Assembly (NCBI GenBank): GCA_964016885.1
Contig: OZ024764.1
Span: 17,298,001 to 17,362,000 of the forward strand
DNA length: 64,000 bases
Reading direction: 5' to 3'
Source of the DNA: Eledone cirrhosa
Lineage: Eukaryota
Positions 15,027-27,505 of this stretch are shown in pieces. Position numbers and translations under genes: made by a program. The notes below the pieces were generated by a model. That model was not told the DNA's origin and did no database searches. It saw only the letters and a list, made by a program, of their open reading frames with translations. Position 1 is the stretch's first letter; every line of letters begins with the position of its first letter.

Positions 15027-15302
15027 TATAATAATATATGTAGAAATAAACACAGTAAGTTCTGTGTCTAAAATTACGAGGGTTGAGAATGCCTCAAATG
15101 TTTTATATATTTAACCTGAAACATACAGTAGGATATAATTATATACGGACGGTATCAAGAAATTGTTATTGATATGGTCCGTATATAATTTTATATCCTA
15201 CTCTATGTTTCAGGTTAAATATATAAAACATTTGAGGCATTCTCAACCCTCGTAATTTTAGACACTGAACTTACTGTGTTTATTTCTACACATATTATTA
15301 TA
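15027..15302. repeat. long inverted repeat, ~125-bp arms
   Basis: tataataatatatgtagaaataaacacagtaag..tatacggac pairs with gtccgtata..catatattattata, with few mismatches. Confidence 0.9.
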
Positions 15303-15317
15303 GAGATACATATATAT

Positions 15318-15592
15318 ATACAAGGTGTGTCAGAAAAGTTCCAGGACTGATGTCACAAAAGATTTATTTCAAACCCAAACTTCACACTAAGAGTTTTCTC
15401 CTTCAAAGTAATCCCCCTGGAGTCTAATGCACTTTTCCATCCTTTTCTGCCACACTTGCACGCATTCCTGGAAGGATTCTTCCGGGATCCTCCGCAGTTC
15501 TGTCCTCACGGCCTTTTTGATGTCGTCCACGTCTTCAAAATGGGTCCCCTTGAGCTTGGAAAATAGGAAATAAAATCACACGGAGCCAGCTC
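15318..15592 (-). mobile_element. mariner transposon remnant (transposase C-terminus plus TIR)
   Basis: Minus strand encodes KGTHFEDVDDIKKAVRTELRRIPEESFQECVQVWQKRMEKCIRLQGDYFEG. TIR-like tacaaggtgtgtcagaaaagtt follows a TA. Confidence 0.85.
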
Positions 15593-16031
15593 GTATATAT
15601 GCAGTTCTGTTCACATGCCAACACAAGGGCAAGACTGAAGGGTTCATTCCCCTCTTCACATTTATTATTATTACTATCTGCCAGACAGTCCCATACGAGC
15701 GAGACGACCAATCTTGCCTCAAGTGGGACAACTCCCGTCTAAATCCACGCTAGCGTGGAAGATAGACGTTAAACGATGATGATGATATATATATGTGTAT
15801 ATATATGAAAAGATTCAGGACCGACGGCTGAGCTCCGGCTAGAGCTCACACTATGGCAAAAAACACCCAGTCCACCCTGTCAATGTGGTTGGCGTTAGGA
15901 AGGGCATCCAGCCGTAGAAAAGCTGCCAGAAAAACTCCTCTACAGGCGAGACACGGTTACCTGACTCAACTTGCCTCTGAATGGGACAAACCTGTCTAAC
16001 CCATGCTAGTGTGGAAGATAGATGTTAATCA

Positions 16032-16540
16032 ATGATGATGATGATGATGATGGTGGAGATGGTGATGGTGGTGGAGATGGTGATGGTGGTGGTGATGATG
16101 GTGGTGGTGCTGATGATGATGGTGGTGGAGATGGTGATGGTGGTGGAGATGGTGATGGTGGTGGAGATGGTGATGGTGGTGGAGATGGTGATGGTGGTGG
16201 TGATGATGGTGATGGTGGTGATGATGGTGGTGGTGGTGGTGATGGTGATGGTGATGATGGTGGTGGTGGTGGTGATGGTGATGATGGTGGTGGTGGTGAT
16301 GATGATGGTGGTTATGGTGGTGGTGGTGATGATGGTGATGATGGTGGTGGTGGTGGTGGTGGTGATGGTGGTGGTGGAGATGGTGGTGATGGTGGTGGTG
16401 GTGATGGTGATGATGGTGGTGGTGGTGATGGTGGTGCTGGTGATGATGGTGCTGATGATGATGGTGATGGTGGTGGTGATGATGTTGGTTATGGTGGTGG
16501 TGGTGATGATGATGGAGATGGTGGTGGTGGTGGTGATGAT
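16032..16540. repeat. (GGT/GAT)n triplet expansion at a LINE/SINE (gat)n tail
   Basis: Directly follows the repeat 3' end ..gtggaagatagatgttaatcaatgatgatgat. Confidence 0.85.
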
Positions 16541-16689
16541 AAATGTGGTTGGCGTTAGAAAGGGCATCCAGCTATAAAAACTCCAGCCAAATTTACAGTT
16601 CTGTTTGATCAAGATACGGTGGGACCCAACCAGCCTGACTCATCTCATGATGTTGGTACCTGTCGAGAAGCCCTTACAAAAAAACAGCC

Positions 16690-16720
<31 letters not shown>

Positions 16721-16761
16721 TGTCCCGCCCGTCCCCTCAATCTATTTTATTTCTCATTCTT

Positions 16762-16797
16762 TCTTCTGATGAAGGACTAGCGTCCGAAACGTTAAGA
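16762..16797 (+). ncRNA. minimal type-I hammerhead ribozyme motif (family B)
   Basis: TCTT-CTGATGA-aGGAC-tagc-GTCC-GAAAC-GTT-AAGA. Identical copies at 53684-53719 (-) and 60908-60943 (+). Confidence 0.8.
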
Positions 16798-17479
16798 CCC
16801 TCTTCCTGCTATATCAAGCGTTACCCTAATATATCCCTTCCATATACTGTACTGATTGTGTTGTTATTTCTGTTTACCTTTTACGTGCGTGTGTGTGTGT
16901 ACACATCATTTACAAATGTTGACATACGTGGGACGGGGGGGGGTACACACACATCTGTGTGTATATATATATATACAGGTGTGTATGTGTGTGTGTATAT
17001 ATATATATATACACATACACACCTGTATATATATATTTATACACTACGCATGAATATATGTAAATACGTGTGTATGTATAATTATATATATATCTACACA
17101 CACGTGTATATATATATCTACACATACATGTATATATACATACACACACGTATATATATATATTTACACACATGTATATATATACATACACACACGTATA
17201 TATATATTTACACACATGTATATATATCTACACACATATATATATATATCTACACACACACACATATCTATATATATATCTACACATATATATATACATG
17301 TATGTATGTTGATACTATATCAAATGTTTACCTAAAATGTCATTTGAATAACAATGTCAATTGTTTTCGTTAGACAATTGTTCAAACAATAGAGAGTGTA
17401 TATATATATGTGTGTGTGTGTGTGTGTATTTCTATACATATATATATATAAACATGTATATATATATATATGTATTTGT

Positions 17480-18746
17480 ATATACATAAATGTGTACATA
17501 AATATATATATATATAACACATATATATGGATTTATTTATATATGTGCTTCTATATAAATAAATATATACACATACATCCACATATATATATAGAAATAC
17601 ACACACAAACATATATATACATATACATATTTACTAATGCACAGATATGTATACACAAAAACAAATGCATATATACACACATATCATCATCATCATCAAC
17701 GTTTAACGTCCGTGTTCCATGCTTGCATGGGTTTGGACAGGGGTAGTCCCACTTGAGGCAAGAGTGATTGTCTTGCTCGCATAGGACTGTCTGGCAGGTT
17801 TTCTACAGTTGGATGCCCTTCCTAACACCAACCACATTTACAGTGTGGGTCTGGGAGGTTTTTACCGTGTTATACACACACACACACACATATATAAAGA
17901 ATGACACACACATATATATATATATATATAATTGTTTCTACTTTAGGCACAAGGCCAGCAATTACCCAGTGCATTACTGGTACTTTATTTTATCAACCCC
18001 GTAAGGATGAAAGGCAAAGTCAACCTCGGCGGGATTTGAACTCAGATATATAATGAATGAATAATAACAGGTAAATATCATAAAAAGGTAATTTATTCCG
18101 TGTGCTTACAAATGTTTCTACGGTGGTTACACACCCTAATTATGCTATATGCAAATTTATAACTATTTACAAAACTCAATTATCAAATGTTGTGACCATC
18201 AGAGCAGAATAAATAATTCCAACCTTGACTATCAACGCATCGCTTAAGGTTGTCGCTTTAAGAGTAACCAGTATAATAAAACCCCTACTACAACATTTTG
18301 ATTAAGATATCTGTATTCTACAAACCACTCTCTCCCATTTCTCCAACCCCTGCATATCTCTCTCTCTTCCTTTTCTACTCTATCTTCCCCAATAACCTCA
18401 CTTAAGGGTATTGACATTTTACATTTTAACCATTCTGCTCTGATGATACAGTCGTCACAGCATTTGATAATTGAGTTTTGCAAATAGTTATAAATTTGCA
18501 CATAGCATAACTAGGCTGTATAACCACCGTGGAAACAGTTGGAAGCACACAGAATAAATTACCTTTTTATGATGTCTACCTGTTATTATTCATTCTTATC
18601 TACACTCCGGAATACAGAAGGATGAGGAACTGAGTTTCTTCAACTATTCTTCCATAACTCGTTGAGTAACCCCTTAAGGTACGTCAACTCTATCCAGTGT
18701 AGTAATTAACCATTACTACATCCAGGATAATCCTATACATAATATG

Positions 18747-18781
<35 letters not shown>

Positions 18782-19845
18782 ATATTTCTATACATAAATG
18801 TGTACATAAATATATATATATATAACACATATATATGGATTTATTTATATATGTGCTTCTATATAAATAAATATATACACATACATCCACATATATATAT
18901 AGAAATACACACACAAACATATATATACATATACATATTTACTAATGCACAGATATGTATACACAAAAACAAATGCATATATACACACATATATATATAT
19001 ATATATATACAAATACACACACACATTGTTTCTACTTTAGGCACAAGGCCAGCAATTATCCCAGTGCATTACTGGTACTTTATTTTATCGACCCCGTAAG
19101 GATGAAAGGCAAAGTCAACCTCGGCGGGATTTGAACTCAGATATATAATGAATGAATAATAACAGGTAAATATCATAAAAAGATAATTTATTCCGTGTGC
19201 TTACAAATGTTTCTACGGTGGTTACACACCCTAATTATGCTATATGCAAATTTATAACTATTTACAAAACTCAATTATCAAATGTTGTGACCATCAGAGC
19301 AGAATAAATAATTCCAACCTTGACTATCAACGCATCGCTTAAGGTTGTCGCTTTAAGAGTAACCAGTATAATAAAACCCCTACTACAACATTTTGATTAA
19401 GATATCTGTATTCTACAAACCACTCTCTCCCATTTCTCCAACCCCTGCATATCTCTCTCTCTTCCTTTTCTACTCTATCTTCCCCAATAACCTCACTTAA
19501 GGGTATTGACATTTTACATTTTAACCATTCTGCTCTGATGATACAGTCGTCACAGCATTTGATAATTGAGTTTTGCAAATAGTTATAAATTTGCACATAG
19601 CATAACTAGGCTGTATAACCACCGTGGAAACAGTTGGAAGCACACAGAATAAATTACCTTTTTATGATGTCTACCTGTTATTATTCATTCTTATCTACAC
19701 TCCGGAATACAGAAGGATGAGGAACTGAGTTTCTTCAACTATTCTTCCATAACTCGTTGAGTAACCCCTTACCGTACGTCAACTCTATCCAGTGTAGTAA
19801 TTAACCATTACTGCATCCAGGATAATCCTATACCTAATATGTCTA
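17480..19845. repeat. local tandem segmental duplication (core period ~1095 bp) containing a SINE and a fold-back element
   Basis: Identical ORFs at 18244-18501 and 19339-19596. Segment 17930-18745 matches 19025-19840. Confidence 0.9.
18436..18547 (+). ncRNA. hammerhead-like motif with long stem II (probably inactivated; duplicate at 19531-19642)
   Basis: TGCT-CTGATGA-TACAGTC..GGCTGTA..-GAAACAGTTGGA-AGCA. The cleavage triplet reads GGA, whereas the inverted arm at ~18103-18207 retains GTA. Confidence 0.5.
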
Positions 19846-20202
19846 TATATATATATATATATATATACATATATACACAGATAAATACACCAATTAATGG
19901 TAGGGTCTAAACCGTATGAAGAACTCAATGTAATCCATATGTAGATGTCGTGAAGCAAAGTTTAAAATATAAAATTTTCAACGATATAATTCATTAGATA
20001 CAGAGTCAAAAATAGAAATATTAAAACAATGAAATCAAACAAAAAACGGTCAATTCATAGTAAAACTCATTATTTTACGATCGTTTCTGGGGGGGTAGTT
20101 CCCCGTATGTCCATTTTATTATTGATCTATGTAAAATATATTACAAAATATCATAGTAAGAAAATATACGTCTTCACTACCCGCCGTCTTCAGAGATAAT
20201 CT

Positions 20203-20315
20203 TTATTTCTGAAGACGGTGAGTAGTGAAGACGTATATTTTGTAATATATTTTACATAGATCAATAATAAAATGGACATACAGAGAACTATCCCCCAGAA
20301 ACGATCGTAAAATAA
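20203..20315 (+). ncRNA. hammerhead motif with long stem-II insertion (family C); mirror copy on - strand at 20070-20199
   Basis: TTATTT-CTGAAGA-(~80 nt)-GAAACGATCGTA-AAATAA, inside inverted repeat ~20022-20362. Confidence 0.6.
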
Positions 20316-21057
20316 TGAGTTTTACTATGAATTAACCGTTTTTTGTTTAATTTCATTGTTTTACTATTTGTATATATATAAATGAAAATATAGAAATTAA
20401 TGTGAGCAAGACGCCAACAGTATTTCATAATATATAAGTGACTATAACGTCAAAATGGAAAATAATTAACGTAAGATATGGGAAAATAATTCAAACTCAA
20501 TTAAAAAAAAATCAAAACAGAGATTTTATCCACAGATTTTGTGAAATCCAGGGATAGGAATGAAAAATAGCGTGCTGCATTGTTGCAAATGTGATGCATA
20601 TGAATTTAAAAAAATAGAGCTAGAAGCCAGGACTATCCATTATCAGTGTCTGTTTACATGTCTCTCTTTCTCCACCCAATTCTTTTTATCCCAATAACTT
20701 TAGTTATTGCTCGCACTGGCCTGAGGTATCTGATCTTTAATGTGAAGAAATACCTATGATGCCAGAAGATCACTGATGATGGATAGTCCAGGCTTCTTGC
20801 TCTATTTTTTAATTCATATATTTATATATATATACAAATACACACACACACAAACATATATATATACATACACATATAGAGAAATTTGAGTAAGACGGTA
20901 TGTTAGATGAAGGTTCTGTGATAAGAAACAGAGATATAATGACTACCTGCTAATCAATATATTGATCTATCTTGATCAATAAATCCTCTGACACGATTGG
21001 AAAACAATGAACTAATTAAATACCCGTATTTGACTTTTGTTTTATTTTCATTGTTCA

Positions 21058-21103
<46 letters not shown>

Positions 21104-21470
21104 TGGATGTGCAGTGTAAATGTGCGTGAACGACCCAGCATAAATGTGTTGAGAGAGAAACTGTGTCTGAGAGGGATAGAATGTAGTGTACGGGAGAGGA
21201 GACTGAGGTGGTATGGACATGTGATGCGCATGGAGGATGACCGATGGGTGAAGAAGTGCCAGGAAATGCCAGTTGAAGGAAGACGTGGTAGAGGTAGACC
21301 ACGAAAAACATGGGCGGAGGTGGTGAGAACAGACCTCAGATCATTGAAGCTCACGGTGGAGATGACGAGGGACCGTGACGAGTGGAGAGATGCTGTGCTG
21401 AATAAGACCCGTCCCACCCTTGCAAGCAGGGAAAAGCGGACATAAAATGATGATGATGATGATGATGATG
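21104..21470 (+). mobile_element. RTE-clade LINE 3' fragment
   Basis: [43 protein letters not shown], followed by a (gat)n tail. Confidence 0.9.
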
Positions 21471-21973
21471 TGTGTATATTGAAAAATGTAAATAAAACAG
21501 AAGTCAAATACAGGTATTTAATTATATATATATATATATATATCACGCAGTAATACAGAAGACCCGACCCCCCACGGGTACAAGCCGAAGCTGAAGCATA
21601 TAGGCAATATGCCCCACCCTCTCCCACTGTAAAATGGTCGTGGAGGTGCCATGGTAGAAAAGCACCCAGCACTCACTGTAAATGAGGTTGGTGTTAGGAA
21701 GGGCATCCAGCTGTAGAAATCAAGCCAGAATCAGTTCCTGTATGAGCAAGGCATAGTCAGCCGACCAAACACTGCCCACAACAGGACAACCCGTCTAACC
21801 CATGCTAACGTGGAAGAACGGACGTAAAACGGTGATGATGATGATATATATATATTGATTTGATTCAGAGTCCCCCCACCCCCACAAACTTTTTTTCATT
21901 AAAAACAACAACAAAAATCTGGAAATTCTTTTTCAAATTTCAAATTTTTTTAATGAAAAATTAAATATTTTTG

Positions 21974-23203
21974 TCAGTTTTTCTGTGAAATTTTGTCCTC
22001 AGTCTTATTAATGGCGGTGGCGAGTTGACCCGAGGTTCTGCTACTCCCTCTCACAGTCCGACAGTTGGCGGCCCCAAGGGCCTGCTGCTGCTGCTGTCGG
22101 AAGAATTTCACCACTTCCGGCGACCTCAGCAGCAAGAGTTTCTTTTGGGAGAGGACCTCGTCCAGTAAACTAGGGGTCAGGTTGTATTCCCCACCACCGG
22201 AGCTGGGTGTGGTAGTGGTGGGGTCGTTGTTGAATGTAGAAGAGGAAGAGGTAGTGGTGGTAGTGGCGGGGGCTGTGGTGGTGGGGGTGGTGGTGGTGGG
22301 GGCTGTGGTCGTGGTGGTGGAGTGGGACAAAGGTGAAGGACGATGTGAATGTAATAGTTGTTGTTGTTGATGATGCTGCTGGTGGTGGTAGTGGTGGGGG
22401 GTATGGGACCGGGGATGCAACAGGGGAGGGGGTGTGGTGGTGGTCAGCGCGTCCAGACTCGTCGTCGACGACGGCCGACTTCCTCCACCTCCCCCACCAC
22501 TCCCCACCGTCGCTGTGGTGGTGGAGGAGGTGGCAATGGTGGTGGTGGTGGTGGTGTTAGAGGAACTGACCAATGTCCTGTGCCCCTTATTAGTATTACT
22601 GTCCTTCCTTTGACCGTCTTGGCGACTGACCGCTGTGGAGCCCTTACGGGACTGTTTCCTGCCCCCAACACCGGTGGTGGTGGTGGTGCTGCTGGTTGTA
22701 ATGGCGGCGGTGGTGGTGGAGGTGGTCAGTCTCGTTGTTGTGTCCGACACGCAGACCTTGTCCGAAGAAGACGACGCCACCGCCACCGTCGTACGAATCT
22801 CTCCCCCACGCCCTGCCCCACCACGAGCCCCACCCCCGGTAGTTGAGGCGGTGGAGCTGGAAACGACCCCAGAACTCCCTTTCCGTTTCGTTCTCCTTCG
22901 TTTGGAACCTGCGACTGTTGGTTTCATTGCTGTTGATGCCACCACGGGGCCAGACTTGGTTGTAGCGGTGGTGTTGGTTGTAGCGGTGTCAGTGTTGGTG
23001 TTGGTGGTAGATTTGGTGGTAGTGGTAGTGTTGGTGTTGGTGGTAGTGGTAGTGTTGGTGGTAGTGGTAGTGGTAGTGTTGCTAGGTGATGTCAGATCTG
23101 AATCTGCGACAACATCCTCCTCGCTGTCCATGAACTCAAAGCCTCGTAGAGATGTCTGTTCACCATTTGTCTGTGAATCACCTCCACCTTTCTCTTCACT
23201 CAT
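21974..23203 (-). CDS. RFXAP: RFXAP-like protein (regulatory factor X-associated protein), 409 aa, Thr/Ser/Gly low-complexity body
   Basis: C-terminal PSLLDEVLSQKKLLLLRSPEVVKFFRQQQQQ closely matches the recalled RFXAP C-terminal motif (LLEQVLNQKRLSLLRSPEVVQFLQKQQQ). Acidic N-terminal patch, basic NLS-like SKRRRTKRK, and an uninterrupted GC-rich ORF in AT-rich surroundings. Confidence 0.75.
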   Translation of the reverse strand: MSEEKGGGDSQTNGEQTSLRGFEFMDSEEDVVADSDLTSPSNTTTTTTTNTTTTTNTNTTTTTKSTTNTNTDTATTNTTATTKSGPVVASTAMKPTVAGSKRRRTKRKGSSGVVSSSTASTTGGGARGGAGRGGEIRTTVAVASSSSDKVCVSDTTTRLTTSTTTAAITTSSTTTTTGVGGRKQSRKGSTAVSRQDGQRKDSNTNKGHRTLVSSSNTTTTTTIATSSTTTATVGSGGGGGGSRPSSTTSLDALTTTTPPPLLHPRSHTPHHYHHQQHHQQQQLLHSHRPSPLSHSTTTTTAPTTTTPTTTAPATTTTTSSSSTFNNDPTTTTPSSGGGEYNLTPSLLDEVLSQKKLLLLRSPEVVKFFRQQQQQALGAANCRTVRGSSRTSGQLATAINKTEDKISQKN

Positions 23204-23534
23204 ATTATAGTTATTATTATTATTATTATGCTTTGCAGCATAGAGTTACGGCCCTTTAAGGTCTGAGTTAACCGCTGAGGTTAACTTTGCCTTTCATCCT
23301 TACGGGGGTCAAAATAAAGTACCAGTAATACACCGGGTAATTGCTGGCCTTGTCCCAAAAGTAGAAACAATTATTATTATTATTATTATTATTGTTGTTG
23401 TTTGGAGGAGAAAAAAAATTTTTGGTGAAGAGAAAAAAAATTTATTTAAATATTGAATCATTGATAATTAAAAAAAAAATTTTTTTTTTAAATTGAATTA
23501 AATTAATTTATGGGGTGGGACAGATGGGGCTTCA

Positions 23535-23548
23535 GTCACCATGGCAAC
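23535..23548. promoter_or_regulatory. RFX X-box-like motif GTCACCATGGCAAC ~330 bp upstream of the RFXAP-like ATG
   Basis: Fits the consensus GTNRCC-AT-GGYAAC. Confidence 0.35.
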
Positions 23549-23819
23549 AGGCATTGTTCTGATGATGGTGATGATGATTGCAGTATTCTCTGGTAAATCA
23601 GCCAACAACAGCAATATGTAAAATAAAAGATAAACAAAAATAAATAAAATTAAATTAAGAAATGAAAAAAAAAAGGAGATAAATTATAAAAGTATTGTAT
23701 ATTGTATATTTAATAATTGTTTCTACTTTTGGCACAAGGCCAGCAATTACCCAGTGTATTACTGGTACTTTATTTTATCGACCCCGTAAGGATGAAAGGC
23801 AAAGTTAACCTCGACAAGA

Positions 23820-24430
23820 TATATATATATATGATTTTCGGAAAATCTTTTTCACGCTCAGAGTTGCTGAAGCATGGAACAAACTACCTGCATCAATTGT
23901 TAGCTGTCGGGACACACCATCCTTTAAAACCTCCATGGAACAAACTACCTGCATCAGTTGTTAGCTGTCGAGACACAGCATCCTTTAAAACCTCCATGGA
24001 ACAAACTACCTGCATCAGTTGTTAGCTGTCGAGACACTGCATCCTTTAAAACCTCCATGGAACAAACTCCCTGCATCAGTTGTTAGCTGTCGAGACACTG
24101 CATCCTTTAAAACCTCCATGGAACAAACTACCTGCATCAGTTGTTAGCTGTCGAGACACTGCATCCTTTAAAACCTCCATGGAACAAACTACCTCCATCA
24201 GTTGTTAGCTGTCGAGACACTGCATTCTTTAAAACCTCCATGTTTCCTGAGATTCACCAACACTACACCTGATATTCCCCCTCCATACAAATGCACTAAT
24301 GTATCTGTGTGTGACTCATACACTATTCACTTCCCTGACATTTGTACATCATTCTATGTACCATACATGCACCTTTGATGAGTTGTAGTGCACCTGAGCA
24401 CTGTACACAATAATTTCATCATTATTCTTA
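23820..24430 (+). mobile_element. CR1/L2-type LINE 3' end with 61-bp tandem amplification (~6 copies)
   Basis: WNKLPASVVSCRDTASFK motif is repeated. The 3'UTR-like tail recurs in reverse at ~45630-45890 and ~59790-59980. Confidence 0.75.
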
Positions 24431-24595
24431 TATATATATATATATACACATACACACATGTACATAATATATATACACATATATATATATATATATATAT
24501 GCATCATCATCATCACCGTTTTATGTCCACATACATATGCATAGAGAAATCTAAATTTTAAGAACATAAATGATGCCTTTTAATAGGAAGGGGCT

Positions 24596-24860
24596 TCCAC
24601 ACCGTCTCCGCTAACCAACACAATTCCATCCACAAGACTGGTTCCACGGCTGTGGGAAATATTTAAAAAAAAATCTTCATTAAACATTTATTTAAAAAAA
24701 AAAAAAACGCCTGAGAAATGGCGACGATACAAGGGAAGTAACTCTACCATTACTAAAACATAAAAAGTTACAGGGATCTCAGGCGGTTGCAAACGATTTC
24801 ATCCAGTTATTTGCTCAGTGAGTCGAACTGCCAAGTGGCTGAGTATTCCGCACTTTTTCA
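24596..24860 (-). promoter_or_regulatory. candidate promoter/first non-coding exon region of the RFXAP-like gene
   Basis: Non-repetitive CpG-containing patch with a YY1-like AAATGGCG at ~24716-24723 and an aagggaagtaact motif. Inference only. Confidence 0.25.
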
Positions 24861-24952
24861 GATAGAATCAAGATAGAGGAGGGGAAGAGGTGATTTTGAA
24901 TTACTTGTACAAATAGAGAATTACGTGTATATATGTGTGTGTGTATATGTGA

Positions 24953-25090
<138 letters not shown>

Positions 25091-25404
25091 GAGTGAGTGA
25101 GTGTGTGTGTGTGTGTATATATGTGAGTGTGTGTGTATATATGTGAGTGTGTGTGTGTATGTGTATATATGTGAGTGTGTGTGTGTGTGTGTATATATGT
25201 GAGTGTGTGTGTGTGTGTGTATATATGTGAGTGTGTGTGTGTGTGTATATATATGTGAGTGTGTGTGTGTATATATGTGAGTGTGTGTGTGTGTATATAT
25301 GTGTGTGAGTGTATGTGTGTGTGTATGTGTTTATACACTGATTACCAGTACAGGTAATATTTATTAGAATGTTGTTGAAGTGTATACACACACACATGTG
25401 TATG

Positions 25405-25481
<77 letters not shown>

Positions 25482-25550
25482 ATATATGTATATACACATA
25501 TATATATATATATACACAGACATATACACATATATATATACACACATATA

Positions 25551-25590
<40 letters not shown>

Positions 25591-26695
25591 TATATATATA
25601 TACACATACACACATATATATACACATACACACATATATATATATACACATACATATATATATATACACATACATATATATATATACACATATATATATA
25701 TATATATATATACACATACATATATATATATATACACAAACATATATATACATACATATACATATATATATATATACTTATATATATGTGTATAATTTCT
25801 TTGTTCTCTGATCTGAAAGTAAAACAAGAAACTGGAATTCCCCTTCTGTGAAACTGAAACTACAAAATTCTCTGAAAACATTGGGTTAGGCTGAGATAGA
25901 GAGGGGCACATTGTGACCTTGAACAAGATTCTTCATTAAAACCTGTGGCCCATTATCCCTTAAAACCACTTGAGAAACCTCCTATGTGACATAATGTGGC
26001 AGGAGGTCATCTAGACATACACTATAGTGGTTGTATATATGTATATATATATATATGGAGACACATGGCTTCGTGGTTAGAGCATTGGCCTTGCAATCGA
26101 AAGGTTGTGAGTTCAATTCTCAGACCGGGTGATGTGTTGTTTCCTTGAGCAAGACACTTTATTTCACATTGCTCCAGTTTACTCAGCTGTAGAAATGAGA
26201 TGATAGGGTCTGGGGTCCCTATCATTCCACTGCAAAGTGGTTGTGGAGGTGCCACGGCAAAAAAGCACCCAGCACTCACTGTAAATGAGGTTGGTGTTAG
26301 GAAGGGCATCCAGCTGTAGAGATCAAGCCAGAATCAGTTCCCGTCCCACCCTTGCAAGCAGGGAAAAGTGGACGTAAAATGAAATGATGATGATGATGAT
26401 GATGATGTATGTATAATGTAGTTGGTGTTAGGAAGGGCACCCGGCTGTAAAATACTTCCTGTAGAAGCTATTTCTATATTAAAATTAACCCCTCTCTCTC
26501 TCTCTAGAGAGAGAGAGAGGGAGAGGAGGAGTGGGGGAAGTATTACGCCCACTACGTTCATCGATGCCTCATAATGAAACCATCTAGGATTTCCCCTACT
26601 TTATAAATAACGAACTTATATCCACATCTTTAACGTAGTTCCTGTGCTTTATAGATAAACAGCTGGAGCAGAGTTAGAGATCTTTGCTTCCATAC

Positions 26696-26742
<47 letters not shown>

Positions 26743-26925
26743 ACAGGTATACAGATACACACACATATCTATTTATATGTATGTAATTTGCTAAGGTAAG
26801 ATTTTTTTTTAACTTACCAATTCTAATTTTCTTTCTAGTGGATTGTAGGATTTTATGCAGAATTATTTAGAGAGAGAGAGAGAGAGAGAGACATACATAC
26901 ATGTCATCATCATCACCGTTTTATA

Positions 26926-26959
<34 letters not shown>

Positions 26960-27140
26960 TAGAGGGACACACATACAGATTCTGTTCGGACCTAGCTGTT
27001 GAAACGGCTGGAGCTCAGCCGTCGGGATCCTGAATCTTTTCCTATACATACATATATATATATATATATAGGAAGTGTGTGTGTGTGGCGTTAATGCCTT
27101 TCTCAACGCTGGATGTAAACAATTTATTTACAAAGCTATC

Positions 27141-27421
27141 AAAACTTTATAAATAAATTCGTCAAACTTTTAATTAAGTTTCATTTTCAGTCCACTGACA
27201 ACTTTCACTACATTTCTTACGAGAAAAACAAAAATCACTTTCGTTTTGAGGCCGGTGGCTTGGCAGAATCGCTAGAGTTACTCCCCTTTACATTCTGAGT
27301 TCAAATCCGGCCTCAAAACGAAAGTGATTTTTGTTTTTCTCGTAAGAAATATAGTGAAAGTTGTCAGTGGACTGAAAATGAAACTTAATTAAAAGTTTGA
27401 CGAATTTATTTATAAAGTTTT
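27141..27421. repeat. near-perfect inverted repeat, ~115-bp arms, with a SINE-head remnant in the loop
   Basis: aaaactttataaataaattcgtc..gaggccgg / ccggcctc..tttataaagtttt. The loop contains tggcagaatcgctaga..ttctgagttcaaat. Confidence 0.9.
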
Positions 27422-27505
27422 ATATATATATAGGTTTCTCAGGTGTTTTAATGACAATCGTTGCTTTCAGCCTATTACGGGATCTTCTAAAACTATATAT
27501 ATATA

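Noticed and set aside
16022-16612. Gly/Asp-rich 178-aa ORF resembling a structural protein
   Set aside because: Pure GGT/GAT expansion of a retroelement tail, open in several frames.
22065-23210. Plus-strand ORFs overlapping the RFXAP-like gene
   Set aside because: Antisense shadows of a triplet-rich, GC-rich CDS.
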